Positions 39,720-52,180 of a stretch of 64,000 nt of DNA are shown here, in pieces. The notes under the pieces are model-generated. The model did not search any database and had not been told where the DNA came from. It saw only the letters and a program-made list of their open reading frames with translations. The stretch lies in contig NW_024704762.1 in assembly GCF_018977255.1 (NCBI RefSeq), forward strand, positions 9,300,001 through 9,364,000. Reading direction: 5' to 3'. The first letter of the stretch is position 1. Each line of letters begins with the position of its first letter. Position numbers and translations under genes: made by a program. The DNA comes from Callorhinchus milii. Its lineage: Eukaryota.

Positions 39720-39982
39720 AGTTAAAACGATTTTCTGGAAAAACTGAGGTTAAGCTGCTCCCTGTCCGGCCCGGTTAACTGATATAAATCAGGACAATTC
39801 GACTCGATTTGTTGGCGAAACGATTTGAGGTGCAGGATTTCGGGAACGCCAAGCGGCCCCCCTTTAACTGGGGAAATGGTTTATATCAGAGATTATTTGC
39901 AGAGTGAAACCTGACACAAGCTCTTCTCACCCCCGCTCTATCCCGGGTGGAGTTCCTGCCTGGGGACCATACCTGGGTAACC

Positions 39983-40256
39983 CTCTGTTTTCCTAGCAGT
40001 AAGTTGGAACCCGGTTGTCAGTCAATTGACGGATTGCTTTCCAGGGGGTAATAATCCCTCTTTTTAAAAAAAAATTGATCACTCAATCCACGACTGTTTG
40101 TGGGGACGCTGCTGCGCGCAAATGGCTGCCGTGTTTTATCCACAAAATATACAGTCGATCCACTTTACGGTATATTCTGTGAAGCGCTTTGAGACGTCTC
40201 GAAAACTTGATAAGGCGCTGTATCAAATGCAAGGATTATTATGATGATGATGATAA
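39983..40256 (+). mobile_element. 5'-truncated SINE copy downstream of COMP
   Basis: Central block and tail present; tail ends in (TTA)/(TGA)n. Confidence 0.85.
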
Positions 40257-41322
40257 CCTGGAAGCTCCACCACACAAAGAATGATCCGAATTCACCGCCA
40301 ATCTCAGAGTGTAACTAACGTGCCAATCATGTCATTTATTGCTCACATCATGTCACACGCGGATGTAGCCCCAGGTTGTTAAAATGACCCATAAACAAGT
40401 CAATCGGTCCCTGATGTATGGGGAGGGGGGAGAGAAAGAAGATCCATGAATGTGGGGGGGGGTCCCCGCAAAGGAAAACGGCCTCCGCTCTTGCAACGGG
40501 AAGAAAACACTTGGCATATTTCTAAGTGCTCAGACACATCAAAGCTCCCTTTACACTATCCATCTCCATCCACACTCCCAGGTCAGGCTTAAGGACACAG
40601 TAAAGCTCCGTACACTGTCTGTCCACACTCCCAGGACGGGGTTAGACATTATCTCATTATCCGCCCCCACGTCCCCCAGCCTGTCACTCATCAGCTTCTC
40701 GTAACCTCGAGGACATAACCCGAACCGTTCGAATGAGACTCATCCTCGTAACCACAGCTCGTGTCTTCACGGCGAGCGGGTGGGGAGGCAGTGGAGGGAG
40801 AAGCCAGCCTAGAATTCTTCAGTCTTAGAGATACTATCATCCAATACCTTTCTTGGTGAAAGACGTCGAGCGGTGTAGTTGGAAATCGATAGGTCGATCG
40901 CTTATCTTCACTCAAAAAGGTCCAGTGCTCCCGGGAAACCTTTCAAAGCACTCAGAGCCTCCACATTTTACTGCTGAATTCCCACTGCTCTCCTGACCAT
41001 GTGTCTCACTTGAGCACCTCACAGCACAACTGTGGCTCATTACATCGTCCAGTACAGCAGTTGCTGTGGGAACAAGAGCCTGAGACTAACGAGGAAAGGC
41101 TGAAATCACCCCCATTGATTTCACCTCAACACCGAACCACGTCTTGCATGTCCTCTAACCCCACCTACCCCTTGCCTAAGGTTTCGCTCTGCCTGGGAAT
41201 CGAACCCAGGTCCTCCCGCTTGCGAGGAGAGGGTGCTAACCACTACGCTACAGGTTTTTCCTTTTTAGTTTCGCGCAGACGTCAGTCAGGCCAAGGCAGA
41301 CACATCCAACATCCAAACAAAG

Positions 41323-41328
41323 TTTATT
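41323..41328 (-). terminator. Probable CRTC1 polyadenylation signal
   Basis: AATAAA on the minus strand followed by GU-rich GTTTGGATGTTGGATGTGTCTG; implies a ~3.3 kb 3'UTR. Confidence 0.6.
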
Positions 41329-44300
41329 TACAATTTGCACAGAGTTATCACCGGATCCCAACCTTCACGTGGCTGCTCTTGCCCGCACGGACCTGCGAGA
41401 TAGCGCATCGCGCAATGGAATATCCACACAAACATGGCATCCGAAAACATCCCACAACAACAAAAGAAAGAAAAGTAAACTGTGGTGCTGTTGCCAGGTT
41501 AAAGGTAAACCGTTATTTTTTTTAATATAAAAAAAGTTATTATTTGGTTGAATGGATTATATTCTCAGCGAAACACAGACATGAGCAATGACGGGGGTGG
41601 GGGGGGACGGGGTGGGGGGGGGTGGGGGGGGGGATTAAACACCTGCATTTGCTTCACTTGGACTGTAGAGGGTGACAGAACACCACTTTACTACAACGGG
41701 GCAGAGCAAGAAGTAAGTTGGACGGACCTGAACCTTGATCTCGTTGACCGGAGTGGTGTACCCGATCTGCTTGTATTAACGCTGCTGTGATTGTTAGTGT
41801 TATTTTAAGAGGATTGCATCGGGGTGAGATAGGGCGGGGTTGAAACCCTTTGCTACTTTTTTTTTNGCTCCTGTACCTCCGCATAAGCCACCAGAAGGCA
41901 GACAGCGGCCACACTCCCTTAGTGTTCTGATCTAAATCATTTGTGATCGAGTTGTGTGGGTCTGCGAGGGAGGGCGGCGGGTGAGAGAGCTGCTGGTGTG
42001 GATCAGTAAGAAACTTAAAAAGACAATTTACTGGCAACGAACAAATCAAGAAGACCCTTTGGCCCATTTGATCTCATCCCTCCAGAACACCCACCTTGCC
42101 ATCTCCCCATTACAGGATCAAGCCGTTTCTTAAATGAGTCCAATGTCCTGGCCTGAACCACCCATCGTGATAAATATATATAGAACAGGAGTAGCCCAAT
42201 CAGCCCTCAAGCCTTTTCAGTCATTTTATAAGACCACGGCAGATCTGTACCTTAACTCCCATTTCCCACCCCATGCCCCCGATTCCCTTGATATCCTGAA
42301 CTAACAAAAATCTATCTACCTGAGTCTTCAAAATTTGAATGGATCCAGCCATAATGGGCAGCCTTTGTGGTAAACCGGTTCCAGCTGCTGATTACCCTGT
42401 GTGTAAAGAAATACTTCCTGGAGGTGATGCTAAGATTGCTTGAATGCCGAGCGACCTTAAAATGTCAGTGCAACTGGTCAGTGACAGACAGCAAGCAAGC
42501 TTACACCAGGCTCATCTCAGGGACACTGTCAGGAGGGGGTCAGTGGGTGTGGACCGGGGGCTTCACACCAATTAGAAAGTGGGCAGAAAGTCTTCTAATG
42601 CTGAATTGCGAGACCAGTGGTACAGATGAACACAGCAGTTCCTCCCCCTCCGCCCCACCCACACTCAACATCCCTTTCGAAGGCGATGGCAGTCAAAGTG
42701 TTTCAGGTAGTTAAGCTGAGCGCAGGTCTCCCTCCACGTGTGTCACTCTATCATCTTACAGCGAGGTATCAACATGCAAAGTCAAACAGGGTTGGGGTGG
42801 GGTTTAGTGTTAGGAACTGTGGAGGCTAGGATCGGGTGGGTGCAGGGGGATTAGCTCCCACCTTCTCTCTCACCCATCCTGGCTAATGAATAAAAAGCTT
42901 TGATCGATCACAATGAAATGCTATCCTGCCCTGTAGCTGAGACGGCTCGAGTGACGAGTGTGGGAGCTCAAAATGAAGGGGCCACCTTTAAACCTTCATC
43001 ATCTCAACCCCAACACTCGGGGCTTGGGAACCAATGGTTTCGCTTCTGTGTGTTTGTTTTTGCTGCTGTTTTCTTCACCAAATAGCTTTATGGTCGCTCT
43101 CTGTGAAGCTAAGGAGTGGGACTGGCAGTTGCTGCTGTCGTGGGCAGCGGGAAGAGGGTCTTCTGGGGGTCCGGTGCTAAAATGGGGGGTGGGTGAAGAC
43201 ACGTCACCGGGGTGTGGGAGTGGGGGGGAAGCTACGTGTCCCGAGTTACAAGCGGGGAACGGTTGGGGGAAACATTCACTGAACAATTATCCACTTAAAA
43301 AACACAAGTGCAGTAGTTTTTGGGGAGGCGGGGGAAGATAGGGGAAGCGGGTGGGGGGGGGGGGGGGGGAGAGGGGAAAGAAAGAGACGGAGTAAACGCT
43401 GGTATCGCCCACCCACCCCCCCCTCCCCCCAAATCCAAAATAAAATCCGTATAGAAAAATAAAATAAAATAAATACACAAAGAAAGGGTGCAGGAGATGT
43501 CTCTTACAGGCATCGGCTGCAATATAATCACTGTTGTCCATGCAGTTAGCATTTCGTAGGTCAGTGCATTCTCATGCGCACACACGACACTCTCTCTGTC
43601 TCTCTCTCGGCGTGACGCAACAAGGCAATGGCTTTGGCTGGACACAACAAGAGCAATGAAGGAAATTAAACAGGTGGGTTCTGAGGAGTGGGATGGGGAG
43701 AGGAGGGCAGGGGGCTGGCGGCTAGACAGAGGAGAACGGGCGAGAAAAAACACTGACAAGTATAAAAATAAATATCAAGCAGCACGAGAAATACGTTGGC
43801 AACGGCTCGGAAACGACCGTCATCTCCGGAAACGATGGGGAAAGACACTCAAACAATACCACCCTGTGACCGGTGGTGGTGGTGGGAGGAGGGGTTGGGG
43901 GGAGGGGGGGGAGGAGGGATTGGGGGGAGGGGGTGGGAGGGGGGGGGGGAGGAGGGGTTCGGGGGGGGGGTCTGCTATCGAGCTAGCACCCGCTCCCCCC
44001 TCACCACCCCCACCTTCTGCTCTGTCTGTCATTACTTCACCTGGAAGTGATGACAAGACACACGCACACGTACTCCCACGCAGGCGCGCACGCTCGCACA
44101 CCACACACATAAAACACGTATGTTTCGGATTCCGCTCCGTGACATGACACGCCAACAGCCCCCCGACATGTCTTTTGGAGCTGGAACGATGCAAAAAGAG
44201 GGAAGGGAATCGGTGGACGAGAAAGGAAACCAGAGGCTCGCTGATGTGGTGGGAGTGGTGGGGGAGAAGGGAAGGGTGGGGGAGTGAATGGGTGGGGAGG

Positions 44301-44564
44301 GGGACAGACCCACGATGGGAGTCAATAGAACGGTGACAATGGACACACGGCATCACGCGACTGCAAGCGTTATAATTGGTTCATTCATGTTTGCGGCATT
44401 GCAAGCTCGGAACGACAAGCTGAACTCATTGCACATTACGATCTCACGCTAACTTCGTTCTGTCGACGGGAATCGATCACTCAACTTCCGCTCTGTCGCG
44501 GCTGGGTTGTCGTCGTTTTTTTTTTTTTTCTTTTTTGCCTTTTGCCCTTTTGTTTGTCCCGGGT

Positions 44565-44610
44565 TGTGTGTGTGTGTGTGTGTGTGCGTGTGCGTGTGGG
44601 TGCGTGTGTG
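44565..44610. repeat. (TG)n microsatellite at the start of the CRTC1 3'UTR
   Basis: Directly visible. Confidence 0.9.
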
Positions 44611-44628
44611 AGCAAACGTGCTCCTCCC

Positions 44629-44840
44629 CTACAGGCGATCCATGCGGAAAGTGTCTTCTGTCGCGGGGTCCGTCAGAGCCATGTCGGGGTCGTTCAGCAT
44701 GTGCAGCCCGTCCAGGGTCAGGGGATCGATCTTCAGCTCCTCCAGGGGGAACTGAGAATCCGTGTCGAAGCTGACGTCTCCCACACCAGCGAACGTGTTG
44801 CTCAGGTCCTTCGACAGGCCTGGGGGTGACTCGCCTGTCA
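44629..44840 (-). CDS. CRTC1: CRTC1 last coding exon (transactivation domain)
   Basis: [70 protein letters not shown]. Confidence 0.96.
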
Positions 44841-44879
44841 CTGGATGGAGAAAGAAGGGAGGGGGGGAGAGTTACTATG

Positions 44880-45250
44880 GCCAATAAACGCCCACAAATA
44901 TACAGTCACTTTACAATATTTCCTGTGAAGGACTTTGAGTTGTCTTGACGATGTGATAAGGCAGTCATGGATTGAGTGATCACATTATTATTTTGATTTT
45001 TAATTTTGCAAGTTGTTGCATGATTTCCCCCCCCCACCGACCGAGGATTACCACCCCCGGAAAAGCAATCCGCCAATCGATCGACTAACAACCGGGTTCC
45101 TTATTTACTGCTAAGTAAACAGAGGCGTGTGTGGGCAGTACGGAAACTTGCCTAACATTTCGCCCGGGAATCAAACCCAGGTCCTTTAAGAAGTTCTGAC
45201 TGCTCTAACTACAAAGCTACAGGACTCCACAAATGCAAGGATTATTATTG
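44880..45250. mobile_element. Composite of opposing SINE fragments filling the last CRTC1 intron
   Basis: Plus-oriented tail (44880-44962, resuming near 45230) interrupted by a minus-oriented head and central block (44963-45225). Confidence 0.75.
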
Positions 45251-45308
45251 TCATTGTTGTTGTTAATAAATCACGATGGATTTGCCCGGCGAGCAGCGCG
45301 GTGCTGAC

Positions 45309-45483
45309 CTGTGAGGATGATGTTGGGGATGTTGCCGTGACTGGAGTAACTGAGCTGAGAGTCCTGTAGGCTCCCATGGCTGCCCGTCAACCCCATCATA
45401 GCCGCCTGAGAGTAGTTCAGGGTAGAGATCTGACTGAACAAGTTGTTGCTGTTGGGGTTTTCGATCATGTTAAACTGCTCAAG
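45309..45483 (-). CDS. CRTC1: CRTC1 penultimate exon (calcineurin PxIxIT-like motif PNIILT)
   Basis: [58 protein letters not shown]; 175 nt. Confidence 0.95.
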
Positions 45484-45642
45484 CTTGAAAACAGAGTGAG
45501 AGAAAGAGGGAGGGAGGGAGGGAGGGAGGGCAGAGAGAAAAAAATAAAGCAGCAGATAAGTACATTCGAAAGATGCTGGTTTTAAAAGTAAATCGTGAGA
45601 GAAATATTTTATAAACTATTAAAAAGTGCATAAACCACTAAC

Positions 45643-45726
45643 CTGGTGTGAGAGCGCATTGGTCTGCCGGGTTGTCAGCTGCTGGTCGTAATAGGAATCT
45701 CCGAACACACTCCCCAGTATGGACGT
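45643..45726 (-). CDS. CRTC1: CRTC1 internal exon
   Basis: [28 protein letters not shown]; 84 nt; CCGTAG| and CAG|GTTAGT. Confidence 0.93.
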
Positions 45727-46449
45727 CTACGGGGAAAAACAGCTCGTCAGGAAAGAACAACAACAACAATTTGCAGTTATATAGCGCCCTTTACACAGGG
45801 GCATACAAAACAGTGCCGGAGTCTGACACCGAGCCAAGGGGAGAAGGTGACCTTAAGCACAATCAAAAAGGAAGGTCTTTAGGCAGGATTTGAAAGTGTG
45901 GAGGGAGGGGGGCGAGGCGGAGGGATTGAGGGAGAGAGCTCCGAGGGCGTAGTGGCTGAAGGCACGGCCACCAAGAACAGAATAATCCAGATCAGAAGAC
46001 AACAGGAAAACCGGGACAGACCCAGTGACTGCACACACTAGGGTCAGGCTTTACCAGCTCGGGGCTCGTGTCACCCACTTCCGACCTGCCTCTGGGAATG
46101 GCCTCGATCTACTCGCAGACAATTCCCGAGTCATCACAGCCCGTTAAGCGAGTGTTCGGTTAACCATGGCAGAGCAACGCTTTTAATCTCTGTGATGCTG
46201 TGACAGACTGCTTCAGTGTTGAAAAGGGGGTTTAAGATAGTAATGTACAGACATGTACGCTGCGGTGTGAAACTGGCTGCTGTGCTTCACCCACAAAATA
46301 CAGACAATTCACTGTGCAACGTATGCTGTGAAGCGCTTTGAGATGTCTCGACGACGTGATAAGGTACTGTGTCAAATGCAAGGATTATTATAATTACTAT
46401 TATTATTATTATATTACGTCCACAAAACAGTGCTCCCTTTCCCACTCAC

Positions 46450-46665
46450 CGTGCTGATGTCCATTCCCATCGGAGCCTGGGTTTGGGTCATTGAAGGCGA
46501 CTGTGACATGCTGGAGGAGCGAGCCTGGCTGCTGCTCTGCTGTAGCTGTGTGCTCTGCGTCAGGCTGCTGGAGCTCTGGGAAAGCTGGGGCTGTGTGGTC
46601 GACTGAGTGAAGAAGGGGTACGGCGGGAGGTGCTGCTCCAACGACAGCGCGTCCATGGCGACGGC
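46450..46665 (-). CDS. CRTC1: CRTC1 exon 10-equivalent (S/Q-rich)
   Basis: AVAMDALSLEQHLPPYPFFTQ...APMGMDIST; 216 nt; donor ACG|GTGAGT. Confidence 0.93.
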
Positions 46666-46895
46666 CTGCAACGATAAAACAGGGAGTGACCTCAGGATCA
46701 CGGCCTGCGTATCGCACGGATCTATGGCATGATTGGTCTTTTAAGTTAATCCACTGTCCACCGAAACACATCTCAATCCCTGACTGTCCAGCGCCTTGGG
46801 ACGTCCTCCCGACATGAAAGGCGCTGTACAAATGCAATTTGCATTGCATACAGTCGAGGACTATTCCTCTCTCAGCATTGCCTGTAAATAACTAC

Positions 46896-47059
46896 CTGCG
46901 TGATCGGGGAGAGCGGGGACAGGGTCGGTGATAGCTGCTGGAGCTGCTGTTGCTGCTGTTGTCTTCGCGAGTCTGTGTTGAGTGACAGAGTGAGCGGACT
47001 GACGGTAGGTGGTCTGTTCTGAGACGATCCCGTCAGCGAGCCCTGCGACGATGTCAAGC
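46896..47059 (-). CDS. CRTC1: CRTC1 exon 9-equivalent
   Basis: [54 protein letters not shown]; 164 nt. Confidence 0.92.
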
Positions 47060-47789
47060 CTGAAAACAAAGCACATCACTGAGGGCCTCAAAGTGACTGT
47101 TTTTTATATTCTGGCTGTACATTATGTTCCCTGCCCACTCCCAAGCAGATTTTGATCCTTCTCTGACATGTGGTTCTCAGCGAGTGGGTGGCACATAGGT
47201 AAACTATCCCAACCACAAACCGAGTCATTGTTTATTTTCCATTTTGTAAAAGCACTCAGTTCCCGTTATCCCTGCAAACGACTTGTCCTCTTTGAGGTCT
47301 TCTTGGAGCTGAGCTCCAAGAAGAGACGTCTCAAAGTGCTTCACAGGATATTAATTTAGTGGATTGACTTGGTACTTTGGGGGCAAACCCAGTAGCCAAT
47401 TTACGCGCAGAGAGTGTCCCACAAGCAGCCGTGGAGTGAGTGACCAATTTTATTTTGGGGATTTGTTGGACAGGACACAGGGAGAGAGAAAAACTGAACC
47501 GGGACTTCGGTTTGACGTCTGATCTAAAGGATGGCACCTCTGACAATGCAACACATGTGTGGGTGAGATGCACGGAACTCTCATTTTGGTTTGGAGACTC
47601 TTAAGCACGGTGATCGGTTTCTGCGTGAGTCATGTGTCATGACCCACCCTAACCGGCTGATCAAAAAAAAAAGCAAGTCAAGTGCCGGCCGAAAGGGTGG
47701 ACAATACTGCACAATAAGACTTGCCCGTCCATAGCCTAATCAACAGCACTAATGTTCCCCTGTAGGACACACTAATACCCCTGACCTAC

Positions 47790-48010
47790 CTTGACTGTTG
47801 GCACTAATGCCCAGATGGTTCATGTTGGCTGCCAGGTTGCCTGTGCTGTTGGAGCTGCTCAGAGCCGGGAACGAAGAATCCTCTGGATCAAGCGGGGTCG
47901 GGAGTGGAGGTGGGAAGTGGATATTTGTGAGGTCCGGGAGGGAGCCACCTGTGCTGTGAGCGGCAGGGATCAGTGATGTGGTATTTTCCTGGTCTGCAGA
48001 TGGGAAAATA
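47790..48010 (-). CDS. CRTC1: CRTC1 exon 8 (GGSLPDL phospho-site)
   Basis: [73 protein letters not shown]; 221 nt. Confidence 0.96.
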
Positions 48011-48237
48011 CTGTATAAAAAATATAAAAATGAAAATTACAGTTTGGATTACACACAATCGCACGCATTTGTCTGGCGCTGCACAGATTTGTCAAGAGTT
48101 TCAGTCAAACACACAGTCGAGAGAGAGAGAGAAAGACACGCACACACACACTTGCCCGCAACACACAGTCATCACACTTTACAATGCTTTGACAGGATGT
48201 TTCACAGTTGATGCTGTCACACACACAATCTACTCAC

Positions 48238-48281
48238 TTGATCCCCGGGACTTCACATGACTTTGGCCGAGATGACACATT
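48238..48281 (-). CDS. CRTC1: CRTC1 exon 7
   Basis: NVSSRPKSCEVPGI(N); 44 nt; TTCACAG| and AA|GTGAGT. Confidence 0.93.
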
Positions 48282-49069
48282 CTGTGAAAAGAGAAAATCT
48301 TCTTCAGAAAACCCTGAGCCCGTCGCTGGTGAGTACAGTACACTAAAAGCAAGCGCGGCTTTGAGGAGATAAACTGATGCCACCGAGAACTGTTCTGTTT
48401 CTTCCAATTAATTTAAGGGTCGTCAAAATAAATCGCTTGGTCTAAAAAAGTTAACTTATCTGTAAAGCCTCTCCCAAAGGATCCACTGGCTCTATCATAA
48501 TCACTCCCAACTGTGAGGACGTGACATGAAAGTCGGGATTTTTATCAGAAGTTCTTGATGCTAGGATGAAAACTCTCAGATTTTGACAGGGTCATGACTT
48601 CTGAAGGAGAAATGCACAAATTCCCCATTGTTTGTGGACTGGCTGTCAGCAGCTTGGAGTTTAACTGGGAATGATTCCAGTCTCTCTCTGTGCACCTCTG
48701 CTTACCTCAAAGGCAAGAGTTCTCAAAGCAACTAAGGATATTTTTTTCATAAATATAAATCATGGAGATATCAGGAAGGATTGAGGATGGAGAGTGCGTA
48801 GGGGGTGCGTGGTGTTATAAAGAAAAGCACTCCTGGAAAATAAAACTAATCTGAGATGAGTAATCAAACATTTATGGTAATCCCGGTCACCATTAACACA
48901 ACAGAATTCCTACCTTCTGGAGCTAACTGCCCTAATCCCAATTCCCTGCTCTCCCCTCCTCCACCCGCACAGGATTTCTGATGTTTCCTTGACTAGGAAG
49001 CCACAGGATGGCCAGTGAGCTAAGGCAGAAAGTTTACATGCAAACCAAACATCTGAGTTGCTGTGCTAC

Positions 49070-49155
49070 CTTTTTGCCGTCCCAGAGCTGTTTGGAGAGG
49101 GATTTGTCCGGGTCTGACGTGTTTTCCTCCATCCCGGGAACTGTTAGCAGCAACA
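49070..49155 (-). CDS. CRTC1: CRTC1 exon 6
   Basis: VLLLTVPGMEENTSDPDKSLSKQLWDGKK; 86 nt. Confidence 0.94.
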
Positions 49156-50849
49156 CTGAGACATGAGAGAGAGAGTGGGGGGGAACAAGTGAGCTTGGGT
49201 GTGAAGGAAAGCAGGATGAGCCCCACACCAGGGAACTCAGGACTGCTACCACCACACAACATTCCAATACGTTTAGAAGACACATCAGTGTCCCCTGCAG
49301 TGGCCTGAAGGGCACTGGTCAAGTTTGCACTCCACAAGCCAACGCTACTACTACTACTACCTACTACTACTAATAATCCTTGAATTTAATATAGAGTCTT
49401 GTCACATCTTCAAGATGTCTCAAAGTGCTTCACAGAATATACTATAAAGTGGATTGACTGTATATTTTGCCACCAAAACACAGGAACAATGTTATAAAGT
49501 AAGTGTAGCTCTCTGGCTTCGATATCTTATTTTGTTCTGCGTCCTTGTGCAAAATAATAATCTTTTTTTTTTTACAGCCACATCATCGATTGCCGGCACT
49601 AATGGGGTTTTGACCGCGTTTTTAATCTATAAATCTCACAAAGGGCAGAGGCGTCACGTCACACAGAACGCAACAGGAACTTCAGGCCAACAGTGAGAAA
49701 AAAACATTGTGAAGTTTTGCCCTAATCTGGTGTCCAAAAGTTGGAATCTTTTCGGAGTGGTCAAGGGACAAACGGCTCTTTTTCCAGGTTCTATCAGACA
49801 GAAACCCCCTCTCCTCTTCCTCACCCCACCACTCCTTTCCCTACAAACCCCATCTCTAAAAAGAGAACTGAGTCCTGTTTAGCTCTGCACATAGAAAAAA
49901 GTAATTTTTAGCTCCTAGAGAAGCCATCTGGCTAATCAGACCTCTGCCAATTTCTACCCGTTTTGTCTAATTTTATTTAAAATGAATCCCGCTTTCCAGA
50001 TTTATCCTTGTATCCTTCACGGTGCCCAATCCGGGACATGGGATTTACAATTTGCACGCACGGCACAGAGTGATCAATTGGAAGCAGACTTCAGGGTGGT
50101 GAGCTATTTTAGACGCATCCCTTGTACAGTGCACTTCACATCAGTGACGGAAATGGGGGAAACTAACCATACAGGCGACCTGGACTGCTGAGTTTATTTA
50201 TATTTGAAAATGCGGCCGGGAGTTTTACTCCAATCCATACCTGCCCTGTTTAAATAGAAGGCGATTCATTTAGGGTTGATGTTTTTAAAGACATCAGCAC
50301 CTCACACCAATGACAGCTATACGTATTTATGGCAGCGTGCGACAGCCACAGAAGGTATCTAAGCAGTTAACTTGGTGACTACTTTGGCTGAAAGTGGCCT
50401 CAGTACAATAAAGCTCAAGCATTCAACTAGTTCAAGGCAAGCTGTGGAACTGGGTTCACTGTTCTGGTCAGGCAAAGCATGACTGCAGCACTGATCATTT
50501 TAAAACAATCGTAATCCCCCCCCCCACCAACACTCCGCCTTTCCCGTCTCCCTTTGAAGGCTCGGTGGGTGCTAGCTGACCTCCAGTGCCTTAACCCAAG
50601 TGCGTATTGTTTGTGTGTACAGCTGGGCAGAAAGTGCTAGTGGGCTCCCTGACCAGCCAACACACACACACACTTGCCAACAGCCCATTACTGGGTACCT
50701 GGATTCGGAGCGCAAACTCTGCCTGATTTACAAATCTGCTGATCCATTGCACTCATTGATCTACTCATCTTTCTTGTCGCCTGTGCACTAACTCGATGAA
50801 GTCACCAGTGCGGCTGCTCCTTTAAGAGATCACCATCTCTTCTGCTTAC

Positions 50850-50950
50850 CTCGTTTGTGTTGCTGCTGTGTGTCCTGGGAACCCCCGTTAAAGGAGTCCT
50901 GGGGAGTGGGGGTCATTGTACTCTGGTGCAACGCGGAGTCTGAATTGGTC
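50850..50950 (-). CDS. CRTC1: CRTC1 exon 5 (SIK/AMPK site RTNSDSAL)
   Basis: [33 protein letters not shown]; 101 nt; donor GAG|GTAAGC. Confidence 0.95.
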
Positions 50951-52118
50951 CTGAAAATATTACGAATGCAGCTTATGAACCATTTTAAAAATTAAAAGTT
51001 TTGTCATATAGAAATACAAACAGGACAGATTCAGCGCAGACAAATTCTAGGAGGTGTCAGTTGGAAATCTTCCTCCCAAGTTTCAATGTGTTGTTTTTGC
51101 AGCACATTGTAAAGCACACTTAATGAAAAAAACAAACCTGGACTTTGTAAATGTCTTTCTATGTATATATCAATTTAAAAATTCAGAGCAGCTTATTTAC
51201 AAAGAATTGCCTTCTTTCAAATACGTAGTGTATATATTAATATGTTATATTATCATATAATAATCCTTGCATTTGATATAGCGCCTTATCATGTCGTTGA
51301 GACGTCTCAAAGCGCTTCAAAAAATATACTGTCAAGTGAATCAATCGACTGTATGCTTTGTGGGCGGATATAGATTCTGAATCCTTCAGAAATTGGCTCC
51401 ACTTCAGATCGCAGAACACTGCAACCCATACAGGAGCTATGATGGACATTTGTGACCTTTTTTGGGACCGCACAAACTTATGTTCTCACACACAGACAAA
51501 AGAGGGCGAGTAAAAGGTGCTATTGTTGAGCAAGTTTGCACCTTGAGCAAGCACGCCTGCGACAGCAAGCTGTCGGGAGATGCACACAAGACAGAAAGTG
51601 ACACGTGTCAGAGGATTCGTGCGTTAGAAAGCATTTTACATTTTCAAGGGCGTTTGTGTTGTAAATTTCTCAGCTGCAGCACTGAGCTTATTGTGTGAGC
51701 ACCGCAGATATCACAGATGATATAAAAAGCTTTTCTCTCGCGAGAACATGGAATACATGACCTCGGAAGGATTTAGATGCAGAATTGATCGAGATGTTTG
51801 AATAGGAGATAGATACTTCAGACTTCACTTCAGAGAAATTCTTTCTCTTCCCTGACAGCCAGATAACAGTTTGAAGAAAACTGTGATCTTCGCTTCTTAG
51901 GGACACTCTTTCTCAATGTTTCTACTAATATTATACTAATAATATGCCTTGTATCTGATATAGTGCTTTATCACGTCGTTGAGACGTCTCAAAACACTTG
52001 ACAGAATATACTGTAAAGTGGATTGACTATTTCAAAACTGCCCAAATTACCCCAGGCCTCTTCAGTTGCGTGTGGTTGACCGATGACAGGCTTTTCATTT
52101 AAGGAAAAAGCAACTCAC

Positions 52119-52180
52119 CTTCTCCAGCTGGTGTCAGGTGGAGGCGACAGGTAAATGGATCCGTATGGACAACTGTCTGC
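52119..52180 (-). CDS. CRTC1: CRTC1 exon 4
   Basis: [20 protein letters not shown](R); 62 nt when the AC acceptor is used. Confidence 0.94.

Noticed and set aside
34354-41866. Two ambiguous n bases (34354 and 41866)
   Set aside because: Assembly or consensus ambiguities beside homopolymers in non-coding DNA; not biological signal.
46055-46085. AG/GT-bounded 31-nt segment as the missing CRTC1 exon
   Set aside because: Not a multiple of 3, contains an in-frame TGA, weak acceptor and no peptide similarity.
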